The translations under genes were made by a program, and so were the position numbers. The notes beneath the pieces were generated by a model. It was not told where the DNA came from, searched no databases, and saw only the letters and a program-made list of their open reading frames with translations. 64,000 bases of DNA from Saprospiraceae bacterium (GTDB taxonomy: Bacteria > Bacteroidota > Bacteroidia > Chitinophagales > Saprospiraceae): positions 46,450 to 110,449 of the forward strand of contig JAHDHQ010000003.1 in the NCBI GenBank assembly GCA_020631235.1, read 5' to 3'. Shown here piece after piece: positions 29,016-39,035 of this stretch (its first letter is position 1; every line of letters begins with the position of its first letter).

Positions 29016-30314
29016 TTAATGAGATTTATAAAAAGGTATTTGTCTAAGGGCTCCTTTTTCATTTTTGTAAGTATACGGAGTTTGTACATAAAGGACATGT
29101 TCTCCTTTGGGTAAAGTCTCTATATCTAGGTAAAGCTGTAATCCTTTTTCTTGTTTGTTAGGATGTTTACTGTAGGAATATTGGATATCGTTATAGGCAG
29201 TAGTGTCAATTTTAAATTGATAATAGTTTTCAGCACAATCAATATAATATTTTGCTTTTGCAGACTTTCTTTCTCTTTTTGGTAAGTCTTTATTGGGGAT
29301 GTATAATCCACAGAGCGTGTCTCTAAATCGTTGTTCTCTTTGCAAAATAGGGATAAAGACTTCTAAGTGATTTTGGTCGATAACTCTTGACTGTATTGAT
29401 ATAGCTAAGCGTCTATCCTCATGTAGTTCGTCTTCATAATTGTAGTTTTTATGATCATATATGGTTTGGTTTTGATAATAAAAATCTTTGGCGCTAAAAT
29501 TATCTAAATAGGCATCATACTGTAGAGCAGTTAAAATACCCATCGGTACGAGTAATGCAAATGGTATGACATAAAATCGACGCATATTGGCATTAGTTCT
29601 GAGTGTCCACATAATGTAACCAATGGGCTCATATGCTATCAGAAAAAGGATTTTACTTAATACCTGATTAGTCTTATACCCATATTTTCTGCCTATTTTT
29701 TTATCCTTTAGTGGCCCCGATGTCACTAACATTGCGAATAAGAAAAAAACAAGGATGAGGTAAGCAAAGATTCGTGTAAATACAGCATATACTTCGGGCT
29801 TAAGTATAGACTTTAAACCATTAGAGACCAGAATCAAAACAAGAATCCAAAAGGACAAAGAAATCAGGATCATAAGTAGTGCACAAATCACTGAAAATAT
29901 AACTGAACATACTTTATCCAACTTCATAGAATATTGGGCCAGATCAGAAAATTCTTTTTTAAGATTTGAGACAAATGAACTAGAGTATGTTAAGTTTTTT
30001 TTAGTGCTTATACCATCCTTGTAAACCGAACCGAGCCCTAAAAATCCAGCCCAAAGAATACGCAATGATAGATGCAAAATAAAGCACATAACCATGATAA
30101 TTTGTGCATTGAATAGGTATAGAAAAACAGCATCTAAATTTTTTAAAGTACTATCCGCAAAGAGTGGAATTAAATTTTCAGAGAGGGTTTTTAATAGTGG
30201 ACCTAAAGAAATAGATCCTACAATAGCTAAACCAGACGCAACCATTTCTGTTTGCCAAGATTGGTTCTCTAGTTCAATTAACCACTGAGGTTTATTGTAA
30301 TTTTTTACTTCCAT
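29016..30314 (-). CDS. hypothetical integral membrane protein (N-terminal multi-TM region + C-terminal soluble ~170 aa)
   Basis: Several long hydrophobic helices lie between residues about 20 and 260. No motif recognised. The stop is 3 nt before the glpK start. Confidence 0.6.
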   Translation of the reverse strand: MEVKNYNKPQWLIELENQSWQTEMVASGLAIVGSISLGPLLKTLSENLIPLFADSTLKNLDAVFLYLFNAQIIMVMCFILHLSLRILWAGFLGLGSVYKDGISTKKNLTYSSSFVSNLKKEFSDLAQYSMKLDKVCSVIFSVICALLMILISLSFWILVLILVSNGLKSILKPEVYAVFTRIFAYLILVFFLFAMLVTSGPLKDKKIGRKYGYKTNQVLSKILFLIAYEPIGYIMWTLRTNANMRRFYVIPFALLVPMGILTALQYDAYLDNFSAKDFYYQNQTIYDHKNYNYEDELHEDRRLAISIQSRVIDQNHLEVFIPILQREQRFRDTLCGLYIPNKDLPKRERKSAKAKYYIDCAENYYQFKIDTTAYNDIQYSYSKHPNKQEKGLQLYLDIETLPKGEHVLYVQTPYTYKNEKGALRQIPFYKSH

Positions 30315-30356
30315 AGACTTGAGGCATATGACTCAAAGTAATAAAATTTTATTGAG

Positions 30357-32147
30357 TTAGTTGTCTTGAATGAGTGCCCAAAGTTCTTCACTGTATTTTT
30401 CGTATTTCACTTTACCCATTCCATTTACTTGTAAGAGGGTTTTTATATTATCTGCTTTAATGGCTGCTAGTCCTTTTAATGTTTTATCATGAAAGATAAC
30501 ATAAGCAGGTACCTTTTGGGTTTTTGCTTGGTTTGCCCTCCAGGTTTTCAGTTTTTGTAAAATGCTTTGGTTGATGTTTTCGTCTAAAAGGTCAAGTTTT
30601 TTTGTTTTTACTTTAGGACTTTGCTTTTCTTTTTTGAACTCACTGAGTTGTACAGTTTTACCTTGGAGCACCTCTTTAGAAAGTGGAGTGGTTTTTAGTC
30701 TAGAATAATCAGAAATGTCCAAGCGGATGATCCCTTGATTAATCATTTGTGTGAGGTAGTGATTCCAACTTAAAAAGTCAATATCTCGTCCCACACCATA
30801 GGTTTTAATTTGATCAAATCCTTCTCTTACTAGCTCTTGTTTGTATGAGCCTCTAAGAATATCTATGAGCATGTTTATACCCACTTTTTCTTTTGTGCGT
30901 ATAATCGCGGAAAGGGCCATTTGTGTAAATGTGGTACCATCTATTTGTGGCGGAGGATACAGACAATTATCGCAATGTCCGCAAGGCTCACTTTTGTATT
31001 CGCCGAAGTAGTTTAGGATGGTATTTGTGCGGCAATTCGAAGATGTTGCAAACTGCCACATGCGTTCTAACTTGGAAGATTGTACAGATTTAAATGAATC
31101 CCTTGCTTGATTCATGTCTATAAACTTTTGGAGATTTACTCGATCAGCCCAAGAATAAAAAAGTAAACTTTCTGAGTCATCGCCATCTCTGCCGGCTCGA
31201 CCTATTTCTTGATAAAAACCTTCAATATTTTTTGGAAGATTATAATGAATGACAAAACGTATATTAGATTTGTCTATACCCATTCCGAAGGCTATAGTGG
31301 CACAAATTATATTTATTTCATCATCTTGAAATCGTCGTTGGATAAGGCTTCGTTCGTCTCCATTTAGACCTGCATGGTAGGCAGCTGAATTAAAGCCTTT
31401 TGCCCGTAATTTTTCGCTTACCGATTCTGTGTTTTTGCGCGAAAGACAATAAATGATGCCACATTGGTCTGTCTTATTGGTTAAAAACTGTATGATTTGT
31501 TCTATCCTTTGTTGGCCTGGTTGCGCTTTTATAAGTATGTTTTTTCTTTCGAAACTGCTTAGAAATAGCTGACTATCTATCAGTTTTAATTGTTTAATGA
31601 TGTCTTCCTGGGTTAATGCATCTGCCGTAGCAGTTAATGCGATGGTTGGTGTGTCAGGAAACAGAGTTTTTAACTGGCCTAATTTTACATATTCTGGTCT
31701 AAAGTCATTTCCCCACACGGAAACACAATGGGCTTCATCGATCGCAATTAAATCTATTTTTTGATGAGCAAGATATTGGACAAAACCTTCAGACATAAGG
31801 CGTTCTGGAGAGACATACAGTAGTTTTAGTCGATTATTATTAATTAGTTCGAAAATACCTCTGCTTGTATTTTCATCCAAATTGCTGTGTAAGGCTTCGG
31901 CTTCAATTCCCAACTGTTTCAGCGTATTTACTTGGTCATTCATTAAAGCTATTAATGGTGAGACAACGATAGTAAGGTTTGGCTGGACTAGGGCAGGAAT
32001 TTGGTAACACAGTGATTTTCCGCCGCCGGTAGGCATGATGACTAGGGCATCTTTTTTATGCAATACATGTTCGATTATACTCGACTGTGTATCTCGGAAT
32101 TGATCATAGCCGAAAACATCTTTAAGTATTTGTAAGGCTTTCTCCAT
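30357..32147 (-). CDS. recQ: ATP-dependent DNA helicase RecQ
   Basis: FGYDQFRDTQ, PTGGGKSLCYQ, the DEAHC box, a RecQ zinc finger (CRTN...CGHCDNC), and a C-terminal HRDC domain. The ATG at 32147 gives the canonical N-terminus; the ORF track extends to 32198. Confidence 0.93.
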   Translation of the reverse strand: MEKALQILKDVFGYDQFRDTQSSIIEHVLHKKDALVIMPTGGGKSLCYQIPALVQPNLTIVVSPLIALMNDQVNTLKQLGIEAEALHSNLDENTSRGIFELINNNRLKLLYVSPERLMSEGFVQYLAHQKIDLIAIDEAHCVSVWGNDFRPEYVKLGQLKTLFPDTPTIALTATADALTQEDIIKQLKLIDSQLFLSSFERKNILIKAQPGQQRIEQIIQFLTNKTDQCGIIYCLSRKNTESVSEKLRAKGFNSAAYHAGLNGDERSLIQRRFQDDEINIICATIAFGMGIDKSNIRFVIHYNLPKNIEGFYQEIGRAGRDGDDSESLLFYSWADRVNLQKFIDMNQARDSFKSVQSSKLERMWQFATSSNCRTNTILNYFGEYKSEPCGHCDNCLYPPPQIDGTTFTQMALSAIIRTKEKVGINMLIDILRGSYKQELVREGFDQIKTYGVGRDIDFLSWNHYLTQMINQGIIRLDISDYSRLKTTPLSKEVLQGKTVQLSEFKKEKQSPKVKTKKLDLLDENINQSILQKLKTWRANQAKTQKVPAYVIFHDKTLKGLAAIKADNIKTLLQVNGMGKVKYEKYSEELWALIQDN

Positions 32148-32246
32148 ACATTTTATAGGTAAATTAACAACGAGCGGAACTTGCAAAGCAAGATACAACT
32201 TATTTAGCTTGGTCTGGAAGTGTGATTTATAATAAAATAAAGAAAG

Positions 32247-33080
32247 TTAAATGGCCCTTGTTCGGAAGATACTGTGCATCGTTTGCCAAAGATTAGGGGC
32301 TACGGTTTTAAGCTGCTGACCATGGCTAAAGAACGTGCTTATGGTGATGGGCAGTAAGTCTATTTTTTCGAGACCAAGGACTTTTATCACATCATTTCGT
32401 TTAAATCCAGTTGCTTGTTCGATAGGTTCCCAAGCCAATTCGAGAGGATAAGGTTCTTTGTTAAACTGGTACATAAATGCTTCACCGAAGACATGATACC
32501 CGACATGATAAAAGCGTTCCGGATCATTAATAGCTGATGAGAAATAATCCAAGGCGCAAATAATTACACCATCTTCGGCATTGGTTTCGACAGTATGCAG
32601 AAATTTCATTCTTGGAGAGGGAAATGGATGTTTGTAAAAAACGATGTGATCGAAATGATCCAACCTAAAGTTTTTTTCTTTGTGAAAGGTCATTTCTAAC
32701 ACAATTAATCCGGTTAAGAACTGTAGGTCATGCGGTACACTTTCTGCTTGGCTTCCCATAGCAGTAAACTCTTTGGAAGAGATGTAGGTGTGCATTCTTT
32801 GTTCGAAGCGAAGTTGTTGTTCTTCATTTAAACTATTGTAGAAAGGAGAAAATTTTTCAGCCAAAACTTTTTCTTCTTTATCGAATCGAATCGGGAATCG
32901 TTGTTGGTACCAAAAATCAATTTGATTATTAAAAACATAGATGGTAGCTAAAATGATAACACTGGGCATCAAACCATAGGTGAAGAAACCTTTATTGCCA
33001 TCAAATCCGTAATAAAAAGAAACAAAAGCAATGATGATAAATGGTGCGGCAAGAACGCGTGAAAAAAGATGGATCTTCAT
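32247..33080 (-). CDS. hypothetical membrane-anchored protein, possibly MtfA/M90-like fold without an HEXXH motif
   Basis: Two N-terminal TM helices. The soluble part has an MtfA-like order of elements (LNEEQQLRF..., ...HIVFYKHPFP..., ...GVIICALDYF...), but YHVFGEAF stands where HEXXH is expected. The comparison is from memory only. Confidence 0.5.
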   Translation of the reverse strand: MKIHLFSRVLAAPFIIIAFVSFYYGFDGNKGFFTYGLMPSVIILATIYVFNNQIDFWYQQRFPIRFDKEEKVLAEKFSPFYNSLNEEQQLRFEQRMHTYISSKEFTAMGSQAESVPHDLQFLTGLIVLEMTFHKEKNFRLDHFDHIVFYKHPFPSPRMKFLHTVETNAEDGVIICALDYFSSAINDPERFYHVGYHVFGEAFMYQFNKEPYPLELAWEPIEQATGFKRNDVIKVLGLEKIDLLPITISTFFSHGQQLKTVAPNLWQTMHSIFRTRAI

Positions 33081-33136
33081 GATAAAAGGCTTGTGATAAA
33101 GAAATAACTAATCTGATGATAAGAAAAGTATGTTGC

Positions 33137-33484
33137 TTAATTAAAAGCCATAAAAATAAATTGAGCACCCATTTCGGAGACTAAGAAAAAGCAAACAAAA
33201 TCTTTTGGGTTTTTATATGTTTTTCTAAACTCTTCCACTTTAGATTGATGGATTAAATTTTTGACTACAAACTCTTCTAGTGTAGATGCTTCTATAGACC
33301 AGTTAGCCGTAGTTTTATTTTTATCAATCACATTAATGCCAACTTTGATTTCTTCTTTATGAACCACAAAAATGGGGTATTTACTTATGTCATTATCCAA
33401 AATGCTAGTGGAAGCTTCTTGAACAATAGGCAAGTACTGTTTAAGTTCTTTTTCGATAAGAAATAGACGTTCGGTATTACTCAT
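33137..33484 (-). CDS. hypothetical protein (115 aa)
   Basis: The ATG at 33484 (MSNTERLF...) overlaps the rlmD 3' end by 8 nt. No recognisable motif. Confidence 0.5.
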   Translation of the reverse strand: MSNTERLFLIEKELKQYLPIVQEASTSILDNDISKYPIFVVHKEEIKVGINVIDKNKTTANWSIEASTLEEFVVKNLIHQSKVEEFRKTYKNPKDFVCFFLVSEMGAQFIFMAFN

Positions 33485-34886
33485 TGCGCAAAGATAATAA
33501 GGCAATATTTTCTATATGGTGTGTATGAGGAAACATATCCACAGGCTGCATTTTTTCTACGGTATATTTCTCTTTAAGTAATTGCAGATCACGTGCTTGT
33601 GTGGCAGGATTGCAACTAACATAGATAATTCTAGGACTTTCGAGACGGAGCAACATATACACTAGTTCTTTATGCATTCCTGCTCTAGGAGGATCTGTAA
33701 TCACTAAGTCAGGTTTTCCGTGTTTTTGTGCAAATTCATGAGTGAGTATATTTTTTACATCACCGGCATAGAAAAGGGCATTTTCTATATTGTTTTCCGA
33801 TGCGTTAAGTTTTGCATCTTCTATTGCTTCGGGAATCTCTTCGATGCCTACAATTTGTTTGGCTTGGTCAGCTAGATAAAACCCAATGCTTCCAATGCCA
33901 GAATACAAATCATATATGTTTTCTTTTCCAGTTAAGTCGGCGAGTGTTTTTATTTGATCGAAAAGCACTTTTGCTTGACTAGAATTCGTTTGGAAAAAAG
34001 ATTTAGGGCCGATTTTATAGTGTATGTGTCCGAGGCTTATCGCTAAGTATTTATCTCCATGATAATGATGGGCTTCTAGGTCAAAAACGCTATCATTTGG
34101 TTTGTTATTTATCATGTAGTACAGGGAGCTAATTTCTGGAAATTCCTTGACAAGAGCATCTAAAGCAAGTTTGTAAGCACCATCGTTTTTGTGTTTAAAA
34201 ACAACATTGACCATCCACTTGCCACTCGGTGAATTTCTTAAAAACATGCTGCGTATAAAACCAGTTCTAGCTTTTGCGTCATAAAAATCCCATTGGTGTT
34301 TGTAGGATAAATCTTTAAAGAAATTTCTAATTCTATTACTTGTATTTTCTTGTAGATGACATTGATCAATATCCACCACTTTTTCGAATGCACCTGCTCT
34401 GTGAAAACCTGCGGCTGGAGATTGTGTTATTGCATCACCTTGATCGATCTCTTCTCTAGTAAGCCATCGTTTATTAGAAAAGCTGTATTCGATTTTATTT
34501 CTGTATTCAAAAATGGTAGAAGAGCCGATTATCGGAGATATTACACTTGTATCTATTTTTGCAATTCTACGCATGGCATCATGGACCGTTTGCGTTTTAT
34601 GTTCTAATTGTTTTTGGTAATCAAGGTTTTGCCATTTGCAACCTCCACATACACCAAAGTGTTTGCATTTTGGTTCGATTCTATCTTTAGAATAGCTGAC
34701 AAACTCAGTAACACTACCTTGGTAAACACCTCGTTTTTTCTTGAGTCTAAGAATGTTAACGACGTCTCCTGGAACGGCATCAGGCACAAAATACACAATA
34801 CCTTCTGGGTCTCTACCTACTGCTTTTCCTCGGTCTGCTATCCCAGTTAAGACCACATTTTCTACAATTTTTTTCTTTCTACTCAT
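33477..34886 (-). CDS. rlmD: 23S rRNA (uracil-C5)-methyltransferase, RlmD/RumA family
   Basis: N-terminal TRAM domain, Fe-S cluster cysteines CKHFGVCGGCKWQ, a SAM-binding motif (DLYSGIGSIG), and catalytic YVSCNP. Confidence 0.9.
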   Translation of the reverse strand: MSRKKKIVENVVLTGIADRGKAVGRDPEGIVYFVPDAVPGDVVNILRLKKKRGVYQGSVTEFVSYSKDRIEPKCKHFGVCGGCKWQNLDYQKQLEHKTQTVHDAMRRIAKIDTSVISPIIGSSTIFEYRNKIEYSFSNKRWLTREEIDQGDAITQSPAAGFHRAGAFEKVVDIDQCHLQENTSNRIRNFFKDLSYKHQWDFYDAKARTGFIRSMFLRNSPSGKWMVNVVFKHKNDGAYKLALDALVKEFPEISSLYYMINNKPNDSVFDLEAHHYHGDKYLAISLGHIHYKIGPKSFFQTNSSQAKVLFDQIKTLADLTGKENIYDLYSGIGSIGFYLADQAKQIVGIEEIPEAIEDAKLNASENNIENALFYAGDVKNILTHEFAQKHGKPDLVITDPPRAGMHKELVYMLLRLESPRIIYVSCNPATQARDLQLLKEKYTVEKMQPVDMFPHTHHIENIALLSLRNE

Positions 34887-36795
34887 ACCGTATTATCATC
34901 TCGGTTCTTCTATTGTTTTTTCTACCTTCTTCGGTTTCGTTACTATCGATTGGCTGGCTTTCGCCTTTTCCAATTCCGGTCATTCTGCTGGCATCGATGC
35001 CCATATTAATGATTGCATTTTTTACGGCTAATGCTCTCTTTTCAGATAGTTCCAAGTTATCCTTTTCTTGTCCTACATTATCAGTATGACCTACAAATTG
35101 AATGTTTACCTTTTGATTTTCTTTCATGAAGTTGGCAATACTTTCTAATTCGAAATTAGATTTTTCAAGCAAGTCATAGCTTCCGCTTTCAAAAAATATG
35201 TTGTTTAATACGATAGGATTTGAAGTCTCAGCAGTTTCGTTTTCCAGAGGAATTTCTACTTTTTGGAGGAAAATCTCATAAATAAAGGGTTCGTATGATT
35301 GTGCTATTTCTTGGAATTGGATATTTTCTGAATGGAAAATATATCCATCATATTTTACACTTAGACTATATTCTTTTTTGGGATTGACTAGCTGGATAGA
35401 CTCACCTTCTAAATTTGTCGTTTTTTGCAACTTTCTTCCATCTTCTAAGTCGATTAAAGTGGATCTTGCAGCAATTAATTTTTTAGTTTCTGCATCTCTA
35501 ACAATGAGTTTTACAAAACTTATAGGATCGGGCTTATACGCTTCAGGTAGTGGGAAAGAATAAATGTCTAATAAGCCATAAGAATCATCGTAGGAGTCTG
35601 AAGCAAAGTAACCGGAATTCCCGTTAATGTCTACAAATAAACCATATTCGTCCCCTTCCTGATTTATAGGATAGCCCAAGTTTTTGGGTGTTTGCCATTG
35701 ACCATCTACAAACTGGCTAAAGAATATGTCTTTGCCACCCATACCAGGATGTCCACTGGAAATAAAGTATAGGGAATTTCCATCTGGGTGGATATAGGGC
35801 GATTCTTCTTCTCCTTTAGAATTGATTTTGTCCCCAAGATTGACAGGCGTAGACCAAGCGTTATTTTCGTAGGTGGAGCGGTATAGGTCAGATTTGCCGT
35901 ACCCACCTTTGCGGTTAGAAGCGAAGAATAAGGTTTTCCCATCGGCAGAAATACAAGGTTGTGTTTCTCTTGCTTCAGAATTAATATTTGAACCAAGGTT
36001 TTTAGCTTGACTCCAACCATTTTCTTTTTTTACGGACACATAAATATCACATCTGCCATAACCATCTCTTCGTTCGCAGCCAGTAAAAAAAATGAAGTTT
36101 CCATCTGGGCTTATGCACTGAGCACCTTCATTAGCAGGCGTATTTAGACTTACTAAGGGCTTAGCTTTTATAAATCCTGTGTCCGTTAATGTAGAAATAA
36201 ACAGATCTTCTTGGCCATTGACAATTCGAGAAAATAGAATTTTTCCATCTGCCGTAAAAAAGGGAAGGTTTTCAGCATTTTGAGTATTAATATTTTGTCC
36301 AATGTTGTCAAAAGGTATGTTGAGCTGGTTTTTTAATAAAGAATCTATGGTTGTAATTTGTTTTAGCTCCGTTTTTCCAAGTTGGTATGGTTTAGTGCCT
36401 TTTTGTTGGTAGCTCATAAATGCTTCGATTTCGGCTTTTGCTTCGGTATATTTTTTTTGGTTTTTGAGGCAGGTGTATAGTGTGAAGTGAGCCTTGCTGC
36501 TTGGTGGGTTTGTCTTATTCTTTAAGGCTCTGACAAAGGGCTCTGCCTCAGCATATTTTTGTTGGTTTATATAATTTGTTATAAGCGCTGCTGAAAACTT
36601 TTCGTTGTCGGGATATTTTTCAATATTTTTTAAGAGCCATTGGTTTGCTGCTTCATATTTTGAGGCTTTAATCAATGCATTGGCTTTAGTCAGGATTTTG
36701 GCGGTTTTTTTATTCGATTGTCCGTTTACCGTGACTGTAAAGCAAAGAAAAATCAGCGCAAATAATGAAGGTAGATTGATTTTCATGACTATCAT
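34879..36795 (-). CDS. OmpA-family outer-membrane/periplasmic protein with TPR region and TolB-like (PD40) beta-propeller repeats
   Basis: Signal peptide. Repeated PD40-like segments (E..P.IS.DG..L(F/Y)F.S.R.GG.G..D(I/L)Y). The C-terminal OmpA_C domain reads NIFFESGSYDL...GHTDNVG...LSEKRA...NRRTE. Confidence 0.85.
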   Translation of the reverse strand: MIVMKINLPSLFALIFLCFTVTVNGQSNKKTAKILTKANALIKASKYEAANQWLLKNIEKYPDNEKFSAALITNYINQQKYAEAEPFVRALKNKTNPPSSKAHFTLYTCLKNQKKYTEAKAEIEAFMSYQQKGTKPYQLGKTELKQITTIDSLLKNQLNIPFDNIGQNINTQNAENLPFFTADGKILFSRIVNGQEDLFISTLTDTGFIKAKPLVSLNTPANEGAQCISPDGNFIFFTGCERRDGYGRCDIYVSVKKENGWSQAKNLGSNINSEARETQPCISADGKTLFFASNRKGGYGKSDLYRSTYENNAWSTPVNLGDKINSKGEEESPYIHPDGNSLYFISSGHPGMGGKDIFFSQFVDGQWQTPKNLGYPINQEGDEYGLFVDINGNSGYFASDSYDDSYGLLDIYSFPLPEAYKPDPISFVKLIVRDAETKKLIAARSTLIDLEDGRKLQKTTNLEGESIQLVNPKKEYSLSVKYDGYIFHSENIQFQEIAQSYEPFIYEIFLQKVEIPLENETAETSNPIVLNNIFFESGSYDLLEKSNFELESIANFMKENQKVNIQFVGHTDNVGQEKDNLELSEKRALAVKNAIINMGIDASRMTGIGKGESQPIDSNETEEGRKNNRRTEMIIRYE

Positions 36796-36841
36796 TTAGT
36801 GTTTAACGAAAATCAAGATATACATTATTGGATGTAGCTAG

Positions 36842-37861
36842 TTAAGAAAGTTCTTTTAAAAGAGTAGCAGCCTCTTTATCTCCAAGATCTGCGGCTTCTT
36901 TTAGGTCTTTTATGTGCCCATTTTTACCAGCTTTGTGTCTGGCTATTCCACGATTTCTCAAAAAATCTGTTTGTGGTATATTGTCATAACCTTCTTCAAA
37001 AGTCATGGCTTTATCAAACATTTCGAAGGCTTTTTCGAATTCTTCCAGTTCTAATAGTGTTTTACCATACTCAAAATGTGCTGAACGTTGCCAACCAAGA
37101 TTTGGGTTGTCATCAGCAAATTTTTTGTTGGTAAAAAGTTTTAGGTCAAAGGCTGCTTTTTCGAATTGTTTTAGGGTAAAATGGCATTTAGACTTTAGTC
37201 TTCGCGCTTTCCAGTAGACGGGTTGGAGTGCAACTGATTTTTTTAAGCACATATCGAAATCAGCAACAGCTTCTTCGTAATCTTTGTTGTGTAAATGCAC
37301 TTTTGCTCGACCATAGTATGAATAGGGGTTAGTTTCGTCCAAATTGATGCTTTTAGTGTAATCTCTCATAGCATCATGATATCTTTTTAAGATTACATTT
37401 ACTTTGGCTCTTTTTTGATAAGCTTGAGCATGACGGTCATATTTTTCTATAGCTTTTGTCAGTAAGCTTATGGCATCTTCTTCCTTTCCTTTTTGCGAAA
37501 TAAGGTCCGTTCCTTTGATGTAATTCTGAACAGCAATTTTTTCGCTGTCAGGTTCCATATGAGTAAAGTTTAAGATTTTCCCTTCATCGATTAACCATGC
37601 ATTAATTTCGCCGGCTAGACCAAATTGAGTGCAGTATTTGAGTAGGCTGACCGTATTTCTATAGGCTTTATCATAGGTCTGTTTAACAAACCTAGGTACA
37701 CTCATCGTGAATGTATCCGGAAAGAATATTTCTTCCGATTCGAAAAGTGTTTCTGATTTGTGATAATTCTCGGCCCTGTATTCATACATCTTTAAAGCTT
37801 TTCCAAAGCTTTTTTCCGACCCAAATTCTATTTTCCCCTGTATAATTGTTTTGAAAAGCAT
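36842..37861 (-). CDS. TPR-repeat protein, cytoplasmic
   Basis: Several 34-aa TPR-like units (AISLLTKAIEKYDRHAQAYQKRAKV..., YDAMRDYTKSINLDETNPYSYYGRAKV...). No signal peptide. Confidence 0.7.
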   Translation of the reverse strand: MLFKTIIQGKIEFGSEKSFGKALKMYEYRAENYHKSETLFESEEIFFPDTFTMSVPRFVKQTYDKAYRNTVSLLKYCTQFGLAGEINAWLIDEGKILNFTHMEPDSEKIAVQNYIKGTDLISQKGKEEDAISLLTKAIEKYDRHAQAYQKRAKVNVILKRYHDAMRDYTKSINLDETNPYSYYGRAKVHLHNKDYEEAVADFDMCLKKSVALQPVYWKARRLKSKCHFTLKQFEKAAFDLKLFTNKKFADDNPNLGWQRSAHFEYGKTLLELEEFEKAFEMFDKAMTFEEGYDNIPQTDFLRNRGIARHKAGKNGHIKDLKEAADLGDKEAATLLKELS

Positions 37862-38006
37862 GTAAATACTGAATGAAAAAACTATTCCAAAAATTAAAAT
37901 AAAAGTGTGGAAGATTGTTACCCTCCTACAAAATTAAACAAATGAAAGAAGCAAACAGCACGATGCAACACATATTATTAATCTTAATGTGTTAACAATC
38001 AACTAG

Positions 38007-39035
38007 TTACGAGTCTACCCAGACCTTGCAGCCTTCGGTACAATTGCTGCAGATATCTATTTTATCTCGTCCTTTTCTTATTTGGGATCTAAAATTATCT
38101 GCTTTTTCGTTTTGCCAAACATGTTTAAACGAGTCATTTTGGAGAGAACCAAATTCATATTTTGCATCTTTATCAAAACAGCAAGGCACTATAGTGCCAT
38201 TCCATGTAATAACACAAGCATGCCATAATTTCCAACAGTGATTTATTAAGTTGTTTTTTACTGCATAGCTACCATCTTTTTGTTTAGCGTAGCGAGCATA
38301 CTTTTCTTGAGTAGGTATTAGAGGATTTCCATTTTTGTAATCATATACTTGAGCTGATTTTAATTTCACTTCATCGACCCCGATTTTTTGAGCGAGTGAA
38401 TAGACCTCATCAATTTGATGTTCGTTCGGTTTTACCACTAGAAATTGGAATATGAGGTGTGGTGTTTGGCTGTTTAATTTGTTTTTCCATTTGACCATAT
38501 TCTTAGTGCCTTCTATTACTTTTTCGAGGCTTCCTTCTTTTCTATATTGTTCGTATACTTCTTGGGTGGTGCCATCTATGGAAATAATCATTCTGTCCAG
38601 ACCTGACTGTACAGTACGTTTTGCTACATTGTCTGTAATAAAATGGGCATTGGTAGAGGTTATGGTATAAATGTTTTTATCCGCTGCGTACTTAACCATA
38701 TCTAAGAAAGCTGGATTTATAAAAGGTTCTCCCTGGAAGTAAAAGATGAGGTATAAAAGTGTATCACTTAATTGGTTAATACTTTGTCGGAAAAAGTCAG
38801 GTTTTAAGTTGCCGGTTGCTCTGGAAAATGACCGGAGACCACTCGGGCATTCTGGACATTTAAGATTACAAGCAGTGGTTGGTTCAAAAGAAACGGTCAT
38901 GGGCAATCCCCAAACGACTGGTTTTGTTCTTAGTTTAGTCAGTTGGTATGAAGCATACAGTTTAGTGACATTCCAAGCTTTTTTAAAGCTAAGCTTAGAT
39001 ATAAAGTTTAATGTATCTGATAAGTAAAATGACAC
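38007..39035 (-). CDS. radical SAM enzyme with C-terminal SPASM domain
   Basis: CNLKCPECPSG is the CxxxCxxC motif. The C-terminal Cys-rich region HCWKLWHACVITWNGTIVPCCFD...CSNCTEGC is SPASM-like. The GTG start overlaps the upstream TAG by 1 nt. Confidence 0.88.
   Translation of the reverse strand: MSFYLSDTLNFISKLSFKKAWNVTKLYASYQLTKLRTKPVVWGLPMTVSFEPTTACNLKCPECPSGLRSFSRATGNLKPDFFRQSINQLSDTLLYLIFYFQGEPFINPAFLDMVKYAADKNIYTITSTNAHFITDNVAKRTVQSGLDRMIISIDGTTQEVYEQYRKEGSLEKVIEGTKNMVKWKNKLNSQTPHLIFQFLVVKPNEHQIDEVYSLAQKIGVDEVKLKSAQVYDYKNGNPLIPTQEKYARYAKQKDGSYAVKNNLINHCWKLWHACVITWNGTIVPCCFDKDAKYEFGSLQNDSFKHVWQNEKADNFRSQIRKGRDKIDICSNCTEGCKVWVDS

Noticed and set aside
37942-37995. 17-aa plus-strand ORF (MKEANSTMQHILLILMC) between the TPR and rSAM genes
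   Set aside because: It is on the strand opposite all neighbouring genes, has no promoter box, and overlaps the equally tentative minus-strand mini-ORF. I treat it as chance.
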